From assembly GCF_009914755.1 (NCBI RefSeq), contig NC_060925.1: DNA of 64,000 bases. One strand, given 5' to 3'. Both the position numbers and the translations under genes were made by a program. The notes beneath the pieces are model-generated. The model was not told where the DNA came from. It did no database searches and worked only from the letters and a program-made list of their open reading frames with translations. Shown here piece by piece: positions 32,611-48,138 of this stretch; within the stretch, counting starts at the first letter, position 1, and each line of letters begins with the position of its first letter. Source of the DNA: the human T2T-CHM13v2.0 reference genome, Homo sapiens.

Positions 32611-33821
32611 GTCATTAGAGGATGTTAAAATGGAAAGTAGGGTGGTTATTTCAGCATTTTTGAGTGACACGATCACTCTGACAGCTAGCTAAGGGAGAGA
32701 TCGGCATGGGAGGCAAGATGGGGCAGAGGAACCAGCTAGGAGATGAGGGCAGTAATTTAGATGGGAAATGATAGGACTTAAACCAGGACAGGAGCTAGGA
32801 GGATGGAGAAGAGGAAATACATGAGGAGAGTGAAGGCGATAGAGGCTGCATGCCTTGGTTGCTGCTAGTGGAAGAAGCCGTGAGAGCAGGTGTCAATGCC
32901 AGCCCCAAGGCTCAGAACAGAGCTCTTCTGGGGGAGAAAAAATATGCTTGATTTTGTACATGCTCATTTGCAGTGTCTGCAGGCCCCAGACAGAGATGCC
33001 CAACATCTGGATAGCGATGCTGACGCTCAGAATAAAGCCAGGGTGGGCAGCAGAATGGAGTCTTCCACTTATAAGAGGAGAGTGGAGACAGGAATGACCG
33101 AACTTGTCCAGGAAAGGGGTGTAGGGGAAGAAGAGGAGGTTTTGACAAAGCCCGGCAAAAGAAGATGGTTTAACAAGAGGTCCACGTGAAGTCACAGAAG
33201 AGCTTGGAGAACTGGGAAGAGTAACTTCACACAAACCAAGGGAAAAAGCAGTCTAAGGATGGAAAGGGTGATCAAGAGGTGGAGTGGATAAAACACAGAA
33301 AGGCCCATTTTGTTTGGAACCAGGAGTTCGTGGGTGGCTTTTATCAGAGGAGTTTCCAGTAGAACCATGGAGGCAGAAACCAGGTTCCAGGGGGTTGAGA
33401 GTGAACGGGAGGTGAGGAAGTAGAGAAAGGCAGAGGCAGTTCTTTTGAAGAGCTTTTCTGTAGCAGGAATGGAAAAGCAAGTGCAGGAGCTAGATTGGGG
33501 GGGGTGCCTGGGACCCAAGCCCGCCTGTTTATACCTCTGGAGTGGGGTGGAAGGGGCCGGGGAAGCAGACTGGGAATGCAGAGGGCAGGGCAAGGGCATC
33601 CAACAAAGGCCTCCTTTCCAGGTCCCAGTATCTTCAGAGGTAGAGAGGAAATAATAATTGCTTCCTCACAAATTACTACAAGGATTAGATGTGATGATAT
33701 GCATGAGACCACTGAGCACAGTGCTTGGCACGTAGATGTTCAATAAATGCTAGTTTCTCTCTCTCTCGGCTTCTTCACCTCCCTGGAGCTGAGAACTCTG
33801 CTACAGACCTGTGAATACTCA

Positions 33822-34106
<285 letters not shown>

Positions 34107-34300
34107 CTATTGAGAGAGGAGAGGCTGAGGCTGACAGGCTGAAGTTGAACCTGGCTTAGGGACTCAGGAGAAGGTGAAATGATGGACTTCTACTTTGGAG
34201 GGTGGGAATATTTCAGAGATAGTGGTGGTGGTTGCGCAACATTTCGAAAGTACCAGATGCCACTGAACTGTTCATTGAAAAACAGGTAATTTTATGTTAG

Positions 34301-34628
<328 letters not shown>

Positions 34629-36759
34629 TAATAAATTATTCTTTAAAAATACCTGACCCTGCTACTTCCTAGCTGTGTGAACTCAGGGAACTCATCTAGC
34701 CTCTCTAGCCCTCGATGTCTCTCCCGTATCATAAAAAGAGACAATATCTTCTCTGTGGGGTGGTTGTAAAGATTATTGGAGATGTCTGCTGAAGTATTTG
34801 GTAGAGAGTGAATGGTTGATAGACGGAGCCGGCACTGTCTGTACACCTATGAAGTACATGGCCTTCCTTCACTGCCTCACATCGGCTTCCCGGCAAGCTT
34901 TGTGGGTACTGACTGTGAGTTCCCGTGCACTCAATGTCAGGAGGAGTGGGAAACAGGCTCACATTCGCCTGCCAAGCGCAGCTGGTCTCCTACGCTGCCA
35001 GTGCTCCTGGCATCTGCTCGCGGCTGCAGATACTTTCCAACTTTCCAAAAGGCCTTGTCCAAGAGTATGTGTGTACCTCAGTTGTATGGAGCTATTATTA
35101 ATCCCCAATCAGTCTACGTGGTCGCCCTCCCCTGAGATGACAGGTCTCTCAAGCAGGTGGGGAGGGAGAAAGTGGCCAGGTGACACAGCAACCTATTTAC
35201 CTAGGGACCTTCTGGGGCAGCTTCCCCAGAGCCTGGATCAGGTCTCTTCCTCCATGGCTGGGGCTGCTGTACCGTGGCATGAGGACTGGATAGAGTAAGA
35301 GCTGGGAAGCGTGTGGGGTCGTTAGCAGGATGGCCAAGACTATAGGTATGGTTTGGTCTGGAAACCACAGGGCACCATCAGAGGTTGTCAACACTGAGCC
35401 CACAGGAACACAGAGAGCCATTTAAGGGCTGGCTAGAAAATCCAAGATGAGTCTTTGTGGGGGGAGCAAAAGGGTATACCTGACTCCAAAGTTAGGAGCA
35501 GCCTTTGGCTTGTCATAGAGCTGAGCACTGGTACTTTAGCTGTGTCATGGAGCCACCTCTGGCTGTGGCTTTTACTCAGGGTGAGGCTTAAAGGGCTGGG
35601 TCAATCCCTAACAGGGTCTCAAACAAATGGTAGGTCTTCAGGTCAGGCCATAAGAGCCCTAATGTGGCTGAACATAAAATCCGAGTGGTCATGAGTAGTC
35701 TGCTTTTTGTTCCATGGGAAAATATATCCCAAGAACCATCCTGAGTATCAGAAACACTCAAATAGGCATCTATTACGTATTAGACTTAACAAATCACATT
35801 TTAGATACACTATCTCATTTATGTCTCATTAACAACTCAATGAGCAATGGATTATTCTTCCTGATTTATAAAGGAGGAAAGTGAGTCTCAGAAAGCCTAA
35901 GTAACTTGCCCAGAGTCACTCTGAGACTCAAACTCACATGGGACTGGCTCCAAAGTCTGTTGTTTTCCCCCTTTCTACTTCCATACAGTCGGTAGCAGTA
36001 GCCAGAGTAGAGGAGGCGTGCTTCTCCCCGCTGGCCAGCAGGGAGAGCACAGTTGTTGCAGGAGCTTCTGAGCGAGGTGGTGCCTTAAGTTGGGTCTGCT
36101 TATGTCTCACTTGTGTCTCCACCACTGAATCCTTCAGGAGCAGAGGGCTAGATAAGTGGGGCCAAGCAGAGGCCAGTACAATCAGTCTAGACCCTTGAGC
36201 TTAACAAAGCAAGACTGTAATGTCCAGTCCATGGAGCGTGGCCTTGCCCAGGCCAGCCTAGAAACAGAGTCTGATGTGGCCAGTGAGAGTGGAAAGCCAG
36301 TGTCATATCAGAAGTCCCAACTCTGGGGAAATCTTCCCAAGGGGGCACAACGAGGCCTCCATTCTGGTTCCCAGCCTCCACGTCCCTTTGCCAGCTCAGG
36401 GGCTTCTTCCCTTAAGTTTGCCACAGATGGGGTGAGTCTCTGTGTTTCTGAAACTGCCCCTGTTACTCTCCCACCAACCCCCAAAGTACTATCAGTGTCT
36501 CTGGGTTCTAGGCTGCTGTCTGGGCACAGATCTCTTCTAGATAGTTCCATGGCATCGGGCATGGGCTTCCCTGGCTGCTGCCAGTTGTGCCCCAAGGCCT
36601 TGCTTGGATCCCTGGGCTGCCTCGCCAACAGGAAGGCTCCTACTGCTCAGGGTTAGTCGAGGGGTCCTTTTGAGCTTACTAAACCATGGTTGCCCAGATG
36701 GGAGTGGGTGCAAGCTGCAGATCCTTCTAGACAGCCAAGAAGTGGGCAGGTTGGACTGA

Positions 36760-37200
36760 GGGTGAGAGTTGTGGAAAGGGCATTGATTTGGAAGTCATAC
36801 AATCCTGAGCACAAATTCTGACAATGCCACTCATTGGCTGTGTGAGTTTGGGCCAGCTGTCCACCCCTCTGAGCCTCTATTTCCTCATCTCGAAAGTAAA
36901 AGAATAATGATGATAATGGCTTCTAACATACACAGTGCTAACTATGAGCCAGGCACAGTTCTTATTGCTTTATAGTATTTTCTTTTTTAATCCTCAAAAC
37001 AATGCTAGATGGTAAGTACTACCATTTTCACTATTTTACTGGTGAGGAAATTAAGGCACAGGGAAGTTGGGCAATTTGTCTAAGGCCACACAGCTTGCTG
37101 TGGTGAAGGCAGACCTGAGCCAGGGAGTGGAATCCCGAGCTCTAACCTCACCACAGAGTGATTTCAGCTGCAATAATGTAGCTAAAATGTTTAGCCCGGT
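36760..37200. mobile_element. Adjacent MIR elements (representative; many other MIR and L2 fragments occur across the window)
   Basis: MIR cores CTCTGAGCCTCTATTTCCTCATCT and ATTTTACTGGTGAGGAAATTAAGGCACAGGGAAGTT...TAAGGCCACACAGCT. Confidence 0.7.
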
Positions 37201-38697
37201 GCCTATCACGGGGACAGCATCCAATGAGTATTTGTTTTCTTCCTTTGCTTCCTCCCTGTAATGAAGGGTTATCAGGGCCAGCTAGACCCGCTCATGGCAG
37301 AACGCCCAGGGAGCTGGAAATCAGAAGCATGTCACTGGGATTTCCAGTTCATTTGAGAGAAGAGGCAAAGGCATTTATTCTGTTGCCTGAGGAACATTTC
37401 CCAAAGCCGAGTGTAGAAGAACGGGTGATGAAAACTGAATTAACCTCTCCACCCTACCCACTGCACATTTATTGCTCTCCTCAGCTTAGCACAATCCTCC
37501 TTCTCCACTTGGGACAATCTCATCTCAGGACCTGCTTTTCTGTAAAATAAGTCTAAGGAATCACAGCCTTGCAGAAGGCTGAATTTGGAAGGAGCCTCAG
37601 AGGTTCCCAGATTCTCTCCTGGGCCTCAACAGAATTCCCTTGAGCAGATGGAATTCTGGCTTAGGGAAGGGGAAGGGAGTCTGAAGACTTGAAAGAAGGA
37701 ATCGAAGAAGGGAAGGATGAAAAGAAGGAAGGAAGGAAGATAGAAAGGAAGGAAATTAGTATTTCTTGAGATTGGGGTTAGGCGTGTCCTCACCCCACAA
37801 TGCCATAAGGGAAGTGTATTTACCCTCAGAGATAAGGAAACTCAGGCTCAGAGAGTTGAAGTAATTTCCCAAGGTCACCAAAGTAGTAAATGGCAGAGCT
37901 AGAAAGTAAATCTGGATGTGTCTACTTCAGTATCCCATACTGTTCCCTACACAGCAGAATACGTAGTGAAGAACTCAGCTGGATCTGAAACCCAGGTCTC
38001 AACCTCCTGCCCCACATACCTATGCGGCTCCTAATTCCCACTGAGGAGCAGGATTTAGTGTGTCAACTTCAGGGCCAGGCCTCAGAGCCATGACTGTCAT
38101 AGGCCAGTCCTCAGAGGCCTGGGCAGCGTACTGCCTCCCATTAAGCCTGAGTGAGAGAGGTGCAGGCCAGGGCAGACGCTCCTGCAGGAGCTGTCTCAGG
38201 AAGCCCCTTACACCCATCTCCAGCAGGGGAGGCAGTGTGGGAGGTAGGAAAATGAGAGGCTTTGCATTCAGACTGGCGTGGGTGTAAATCTTGGCTCTGC
38301 CATATCCTAGCTCTGTGATTTGGGACAAGATATCCAAATTTGTCTAAGTTTCAGTTTCAAGTGTAAATGAGGAAATGGTGCTAATTTCAGAGAGCTGTTG
38401 GGAAAGTTAAATGAGGTTATCTAAGTAAATGTCCAGTATGGGGCAAGTACACAGTAAGGACTCAGTGACCATGGGTTCTCTTCTCTTCTAACAGCCAGCA
38501 TTGACAGGGGAGATAAACACTCATTATTTCACCTGAGCAAAATAGACATGTGGAAGTGGGCACCTGGAGGGTTTGTCTCTATCTATTTACCTTTCTTTCC
38601 CATCCCAGCCTCCCTTCAAGTTCCCTCCTCCTCTCAGTCTCAAGTAGTTAGAGGCAGGATTTTTCAGGCCCCACCCTTTTTAAGTGATGGGACCTTA

Positions 38698-39060
<363 letters not shown>

Positions 39061-39293
39061 CCAAAACCCAGGTAACCAATAATTTCCTTGAGAACAGCAA
39101 AAGCAAGGTTCTTTTCTTTACATTCTGAGGCTGTGGGTGCCCTTCTATTGCTTCAGGTAATAGAAGGGTCATTTCGGAATCTGTTAGCCTTTATTACCCA
39201 AGATGACCCACTGTCCTCCTTCTGACCTGTACAGCCTGGGCCAGAGAGAAAGGGACAGACCTGTCTGACTTGGAAATCTCTGGGACAATTTTA

Positions 39294-39980
<687 letters not shown>

Positions 39981-40141
39981 CTGTCATGAGATGCTATGAG
40001 TTAAGCATGATTATACTGTTATAATTATAGAATTGAATTCAGCTTAAGAATACAAGCATTGTTACATAAACAAAGCATTGCAATTTTGTATAATGTAACT
40101 AACATGATCAGAAGGAGGAAGTGACAAGATAATTAAGTCTA

Positions 40142-40452
<311 letters not shown>

Positions 40453-41390
40453 TAAACTCCATGTATTCAATTGGAAGGGTTTGCAAAGGACTTTGCGAGT
40501 TGGCCTGCCTAAATGCTAAGCAGTGGTTGTGAGGTTACCGGGAGTTACTGAAGTTAGGTCAAGATCATGCTCTCTCTTGCAATGGCAGACAACCAAGGAT
40601 CCATTAGACTGAAACCATATTTGAAGAAAAGTCAGATATTTGTAGCAAGTGGGCAGAGAAGAATTCAAAAATAGCTGAGATATATTAAAAATTCAAAATA
40701 CTCAGGAATTTGCGACGTCTTCGTGTCTATTACCTAACCTAGTTTAACATAGAGCAGGTGTTTTATAAGCGAATACTGAATGAATGCTAGATGGAAGGAA
40801 TACATAAATAGGAGAATGAGTGGGTGAATAAATGAACAAATGTGGCATGAGAAAACACACCGGAGGAATGGGTGCAAGAGTTAGTCCAGAGAAAGGAATC
40901 TCAAGAGCTGGAACAACCCTGGCTGCCTCCACAGCCCAGAGCTGACAGCGGGGCCCGGTCCCAGTCCCCAGCTATGTCATCCCTCATAGCCTGTGCTCAG
41001 GGCACTCTAGGGCAAGGAGGTTCTTGAAACCACAGGATAAATAATACTGATTTGATTGGAATATCAGTTTTCTCAACAATTTAAGGAAAAACTACTTTTA
41101 TACTAAAACAAAAGAATTTATTCTGGATTACAAGGTAAAATTCATATTAGTTTTTAAGCAAAAATGTGAAGCCTTAAAGATATTTTGTGCTTGCTACAGC
41201 CACCAGACATCCTGAGGATGCACACCCATTCTCTTCTGCTATCAGGAGGACATCAGCGGAAAAGTTTGAGAAGCGGCAGCCTAGGGCAACTGTATACACT
41301 GATGTCACTAATTATAACCTCTGGGATTGTATACGAGTCTTGAGTTACACAATCTGATACCTTCTACTCAATAACACCTAAGGAAGCATA

Positions 41391-41490
41391 CAGCAAACTA
41401 TGGCCCACGGCCATATCTGGGCCTATGCCTATTTTTGTAAATAAAGTTTTACTGGAACACAGGCACACTCATTTGTTTACATATCAACAT
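41391..41490 (+). mobile_element. MER58-like 5' fragment
   Basis: CAGCAAACTATGGCCCACGGCCA...TTTTGTAAATAAAGTTTTACTGGAACACAG. Confidence 0.7.
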
Positions 41491-44249
41491 TTGACAGCTA
41501 CTGAACTTATTTGTAAAGTCAAATATGCATCAATCTTTTTCCTTCCCAGTTAAAATCAGACTTAGCTTTCATCTCTAGCTTTATAGGGCACTGTACACAT
41601 GTAAATGTTCCCCTAGAAGAAAAATAGCTCATTGTTCTGGCCATACTTGGAAGGATTATTTATATGGGAGGCAATAGAGTACAATGATTAGCAGCTTAGG
41701 TTTAAGAAACAGACACATGGTTTTTGCTATTAACTAGATGACCTTGTATGAGAAGCCTCGGAGCCCACATCTGCAACATGGAGTAATAATGGTGCCCATA
41801 CTGTAAGGGTTTTGTGAAAATTGTAAGAGCTGATGTAGTGGAGAGCTTAGTGTGGCAGCCACTCAATAGGAATGGCTGTGATTATGCTTCCCGCTCACCT
41901 TTTTTTTTGTTCTCACTTTCTCTCTTTAATGCTCCTGAATTGGAGCTGCTTGGCAAAGCACCCGGGGAAAGGCTGGATCCACGTGGTACAGACAGGATGT
42001 TAGATGTTACACAGTCATGTTTACTTAATAAAGCCAAGCCTGCACTAATCGTCCCTGGCATTTCTGTACAATCCCCTGTCAAATACACACTATAAAGTTA
42101 ACATGGGGTGAGCCGTTCTCTCTTCCCTAGAGTAGTCCTGGTATTTGCTAACTGATGACAGCAACAGGGAAGGTGACCTTTCCCAAACCTTGGTTATGCC
42201 CATAACACTGGGCCAGGCTGTCATGACCTTTCTGGAGCCCAGGCTAGGTAGCTTTGACCATGCTACTCTGCCTAAGCAATGCTAAGGGCAGCTTGCCCAA
42301 GGAAACCCTTCTGTTAGAGAAAACCATCCATTCATGTGTTCATATCTTCATGTGCCCATTTGCTCACTAAGCTGTGAGTGAGCACCTGCTGCATACATAC
42401 ACTATGAGAGAGTCGGGAGGCATGGCATGACCCTGTCTTCTAAGAGCTTTTAGTGGGATGTCAAGTAGGTGCCCAGCTTCAAGACGAGACAGAATGCCTG
42501 GTATTGAATAAATAGAAGTAAAGTGCCAGGGTGCCGTGGGCTATAGCAGTTTTACTCTGAATGGGGAGATTAGGAGGCAGTGGCATCTGAGATGAACCTT
42601 GAAGGATGAATAGGACTTCCATGAGCTGGGCAATGCATGAGAAAGCAGCCTGCATACAGCATAGGAGAGCACCCAGGGACTCTGTCCCGCGTGGCTACAC
42701 TGAGTATGCAGTCGAGGTCAGATAATGCAAATCTGTGGGTGAATTTGTCAGCATAATTATGGGCTTTTTCTTTTCTTTTAAGCCGCACCCATCAGCTTGG
42801 GCGCAGTTGGAGAAAATATGTCTGGCTTTAATTATTCATAATACTTCTTTCCCCAGAGAGTGGATCGAGCCGTCTCTTTAGCATTCTACCCTCCTTACTG
42901 CTGGGAGATCCTTCCATTGCTTATTCCAGCAACTTCCCAAGTTTGTTCCACGAAATGTTAGTCTCTTGAGATGGCCTTGAAAAAAGTCATCCATGATGGA
43001 ATATGTTTGGAAATTGTGGCCTACCAGACATCTTTTGAATTTAAGGGCATTAGCATAGCAAACGTTCTCAGAGGCCCCATATTGCAGATCATTTCCTTGG
43101 GTCTGCATCAGCCTGAGCACCTCCCCAGCATCACTTGATCATGCAAACTTCTTTTTTCTTGCAATATCAATTAGTATTCCATGGAACTCTTAGGAATAGA
43201 TGGAAAATGCTAGACTAGAAGCATGCATGAGTGTTAAATGGACAAATTTATAAGTATAAAGCAATGTGATCCTGGAGACTCTCATCTGCTCCCCACGCTG
43301 CTAAATGCTTATTTCCACAGAGATGACAGACGTAGCAGAAAAGAGCTAGAAGCAGGATTTGCAACTCTGTAACAATCTCAGTGGTGCCAGGGATATACCC
43401 CAACCACCCTTAGCTGATACACCAACTGGGAAAGAGCTCGGGGGCAAAGCCACGGCACAGGTGCCACAAGAAATTGCTCTGGAATCACCATGGAAACTCC
43501 CCCCCTCCCTCCCACCACACACACAGTGGAGTAAGGAGATGGTAATGAAGACAGCTGCTGTATAATAAACACGAGCAGAAACCGAAGCAGAGTCACTTGA
43601 TCAGGGGGAGGAATGATGGAAGAGGCACTTCAGAGGAGATGAGATGATGCATTCCAGGGAGAGGCAGGACCAATCATATAAATTATCTCATACTGGGATT
43701 TGGATGTTTGAGCATTGGCCATTTTGGGTAGCTCTTTGTCATGCTCCTCCATAATTGGCTATTGCAGTGCCTAATTAATTAAATTTAGATGACTCATGTT
43801 CACTTCCAGTCTTTGCTGAGATCTGCACTCAACTAAGAACCTGAGCGTGCAGCATGTCCCATCAGCTTATTCATAACCATGCCCCAAGCCACCGTCTACT
43901 TGTACCTCCCACATCCCTCCTTGCTCCCTGTGCTTCAGCCACATGGGGTAGCCCTCCACTTCCAAAGCCCACATTCCTGCATCTACACTTGTTCATGTGT
44001 TCTTTGCACCTAGGATGCCCTTTTCTCTCTTTTCCATCTAATAGGGGTGCACAAGTCCTCCAAAGTCCATTTCAGTGGCACCTTTCCTTGTCATAGATGA
44101 CTACTTGCTCCTTGAAACACTTTCTTTTCTTGAGTAACTTCTACTTGTCCGTTGGGTCTGAGCTTGGACATCATCTTTTCTGGAACATCTTCCTTGATGC
44201 TCCAAGGTGACCATTATGGACCGTATGTCTCCATCCAGATGCTTACCTA

Positions 44250-44735
<486 letters not shown>

Positions 44736-46091
44736 CTAAACCTACGAAGACTGGCCCTAAACCTACAAAGCCCTAAACCTCCGAAGCCCAGCAGGAGGGG
44801 AGAGAAGGCAGCGTCTGGCAGCATCCTCATTTCACCAGGCCAGCTCCTCCCACTGGGGCCTCCAGCAATGGGGACAAGGGTGCGAGGTGTAGGTTTTGTG
44901 CATCCTTTTCTTATTATGAGCTCCATGTTGCCATTGTCAGACTGCATCCCTCTCCTCAACCTTACATAGCCCGCAGACCTCTCCCTGAGCCCATATTGTT
45001 ACCATTCTAGGTTGGAAGGGGAATACTGAGAAGGCAGGATCTGGCTTGGACAAAGGATATAGGTAAAAAAAAAAAAATAATTGGGGCTAGAGGGCAGGGG
45101 GAACTGTGGAGTCTCTGAGAAGCTGGCCCAGCCATGGTGCAGGTAGGGGTGACCTCATACCTTGCTTTCCCAGAGCAGAATTCTGGGGATATTAGCTATA
45201 TGTAGGCCTGGCTTAGATAATCTCTGCAGACCTCAGGAGGCCAGGTGGGAGTCTCCCTGTGTGGGGGTCTGCAGGACAGAGATAGAGCTCTCAGAGCAAG
45301 GGAGCTCAAGTAGTAACCTGAATTTTTCTGGAACCAAAGATTCCAACAGCCAAAGATACCTTGGCTACAAGCCTGTGTGACTCTCTCTGTTAATTAATTT
45401 TTTTTATTATTGTGGAATAATTTTAGACTTACAGAAAAGTTGCAAAGACAATACGGTGTTCCCATAGACCTTTCACCATTTCTTCTATTGCTAACATCTT
45501 ACATTTCCACGGTGCATTTGTCACGACTAAGAAAGCAATGTTGGCATACTTACTATGAACTACACTCCAGACTTTATTTGAATTTCACCAGTTTCTCCAC
45601 TGATGTCTTTTTTTGTGTTCCAGGATCCAATCCATTTATCACTATCTCTTTTTAAAAATATCTTTTTAAATTTTAAAAATAAGACATACTCAAGGCAGAG
45701 AAAAGGCAAACAATATACAGATGTACTGAATTTTAAAAAAGTCTCTCTTTCACACAGCCAACCTGTTCTCCAGAGCTATTCAATTAATAGTAGGTTTGGT
45801 ACATATGCTTCCAGAGTTTTTTTCAATGAGCACGCAAATATATTGTTCCCTCAAAATGAGACATATTTTATGTAGTTTTCTATAACTTTCTTTCTTCATT
45901 TAATACTATATCATGGACAAAAACATCACCCTCATTTTTCTGCAGAAATGGACATTGTTATATAACACAATTTCACATGAAATTGCAAGGAACATTTGCA
46001 TCTTTATGTAGCTTTGTGCATTTCTGCTAATATTTCAGTTGACTTGCCAAAGTAATTCTAGGGGAAGAAGGGCATCTATTTAAAAATTTTA

Positions 46092-46451
<360 letters not shown>

Positions 46452-47032
46452 TCAAGTGATTGTTTCAATTTATATTCGCACTAATCAGTATTGATGTTAC
46501 TATTCTCTCTAAAGTTCACCTCATCAGCATTAGATATTATAATGTTGTAAATATATTCTTTACGAAAATACTCCCCCATCTGCTAGACCACAGTGGAATC
46601 TCTCTGGCAGTTTTGAGTTTAGATGATTTAGTAAGGTTGGGTATCTCTGCACATATTTACTGGGCATTTGTAGCTTTCAAATTCTTTATCCATCTTAATT
46701 GATGGATGCAAACTTTTGAAATTCTACTTATATATTATGACTTTTATTTACCTTATATTTTTGATTTCTCTTTTATATGATATATTTGTTGCTAATCTTT
46801 TCTCCTAGTGTCTGGTGACTTTTTCTCATTTAACTTTGGTTTGTGGTATCCATTTTGGTAAGAAGTGATTAATTTTATGTAACCAAATACGTTAATATTT
46901 TCCTTTAAGGATACTGGATGTCATGTTATGCTTGGGCAGACCTCTCCCCGACCCAACGATTCAAAAACAAAACAAAACTTTAATCAAAACTTTAATACTT
47001 TCCTGGGACTTGTATAGTTTCTTTCTTCTCTC

Positions 47033-47298
47033 TTTTTTTTTTTTTTTTTTTTTTTTTTGCGACAGGGCCTATCTGGTTGCCCAGGTTGGAGTTCAGTGGT
47101 GCAATCGTAACTCACTACAACCTCCTGAGTAGCTGGGACCACAGTTAACATGCCACCATGTTTGACTAATTTTATTTTTTGTAGGGATGGGGTTTTTCTG
47201 TGTTGCTCAGGCTGGTCTTGAATGCTGGGATTCAAGCAATCCTCCTGCCTCAGCCTCCAAAATTCCTGGGATTACAGGTGTGAGCCACTGCACCTGGC
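47033..47298 (-). mobile_element. AluJ with an internal deletion
   Basis: Poly-T followed by a diverged reverse Alu ending in CACTGCACCTGGC. Confidence 0.85.
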
Positions 47299-48104
47299 TA
47301 GTTTCATTTTTTGAGGCTAACAAGTTCATTACTCTTCCAAATTGACACTCAATTCTCCCAACACCTATCTAAAGTAGCCTCTTCCACACTTTGCCTACCA
47401 AAACATCTGTTTACTCCCTCCGTAGCATCTACCAGTCTATCTTTAGTGTACCTATTTGTAGACTATGCTTCTCCCTAACTAGATCATAATTTTCATGAGT
47501 GTGGAACCAGGCCTTGTTTGCCTAAGATGTATCTGACATTTTGGATGGTGCTCATGATACCCATGGATGATGACACGCTCATAGCTGAAGAATCCTGATT
47601 CTCCCTACTGATTTGAAATATCCCCTTAGTTGCGGGCTGTTTCTGGACTCTTCTCTCAAGTCCAGTGATCTCTCCTTTCCCTATACTAGAATCTACTTGT
47701 GGTACCAGGAACGTAGCTACTCACCTTACTTGGGTTTCCATATTCTCAAATTTTGATTTTTTCCCTAAAACTTACTAATTTCCCAAATTTACTCTTTTAG
47801 ATAAACTTTATGGTTACCAAGTCCCAAAAAAATGTGATTGAGATTTTGATTGGGATTATATACACATTGATTAATTTGGAGATAATTGATATCTTTATGT
47901 TACTAATTTTCCCCAGCCAGGAACATTGTAGATAACTTAGTTTATGTACTTTGCAAAGTTTTATGTTTTTCATCTTTGTTATGGTTTTCTTCTTTGCACA
48001 CCTCTTGTTAAATTTCCTCTTTGGCAGTCCACAAGTTTATGGTTTTGGTTCTATTGTGAATGAGATTTAATGTTTAGTTACATTTTCTAGTTATTTATTG
48101 TCAG

Positions 48105-48105
<1 letters not shown>

Positions 48106-48138
<33 letters not shown>
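48106..48138. repeat. (AT)n(TG)n compound microsatellite
   Basis: ATATATATAT followed by about 12 TG units. Confidence 0.92.
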
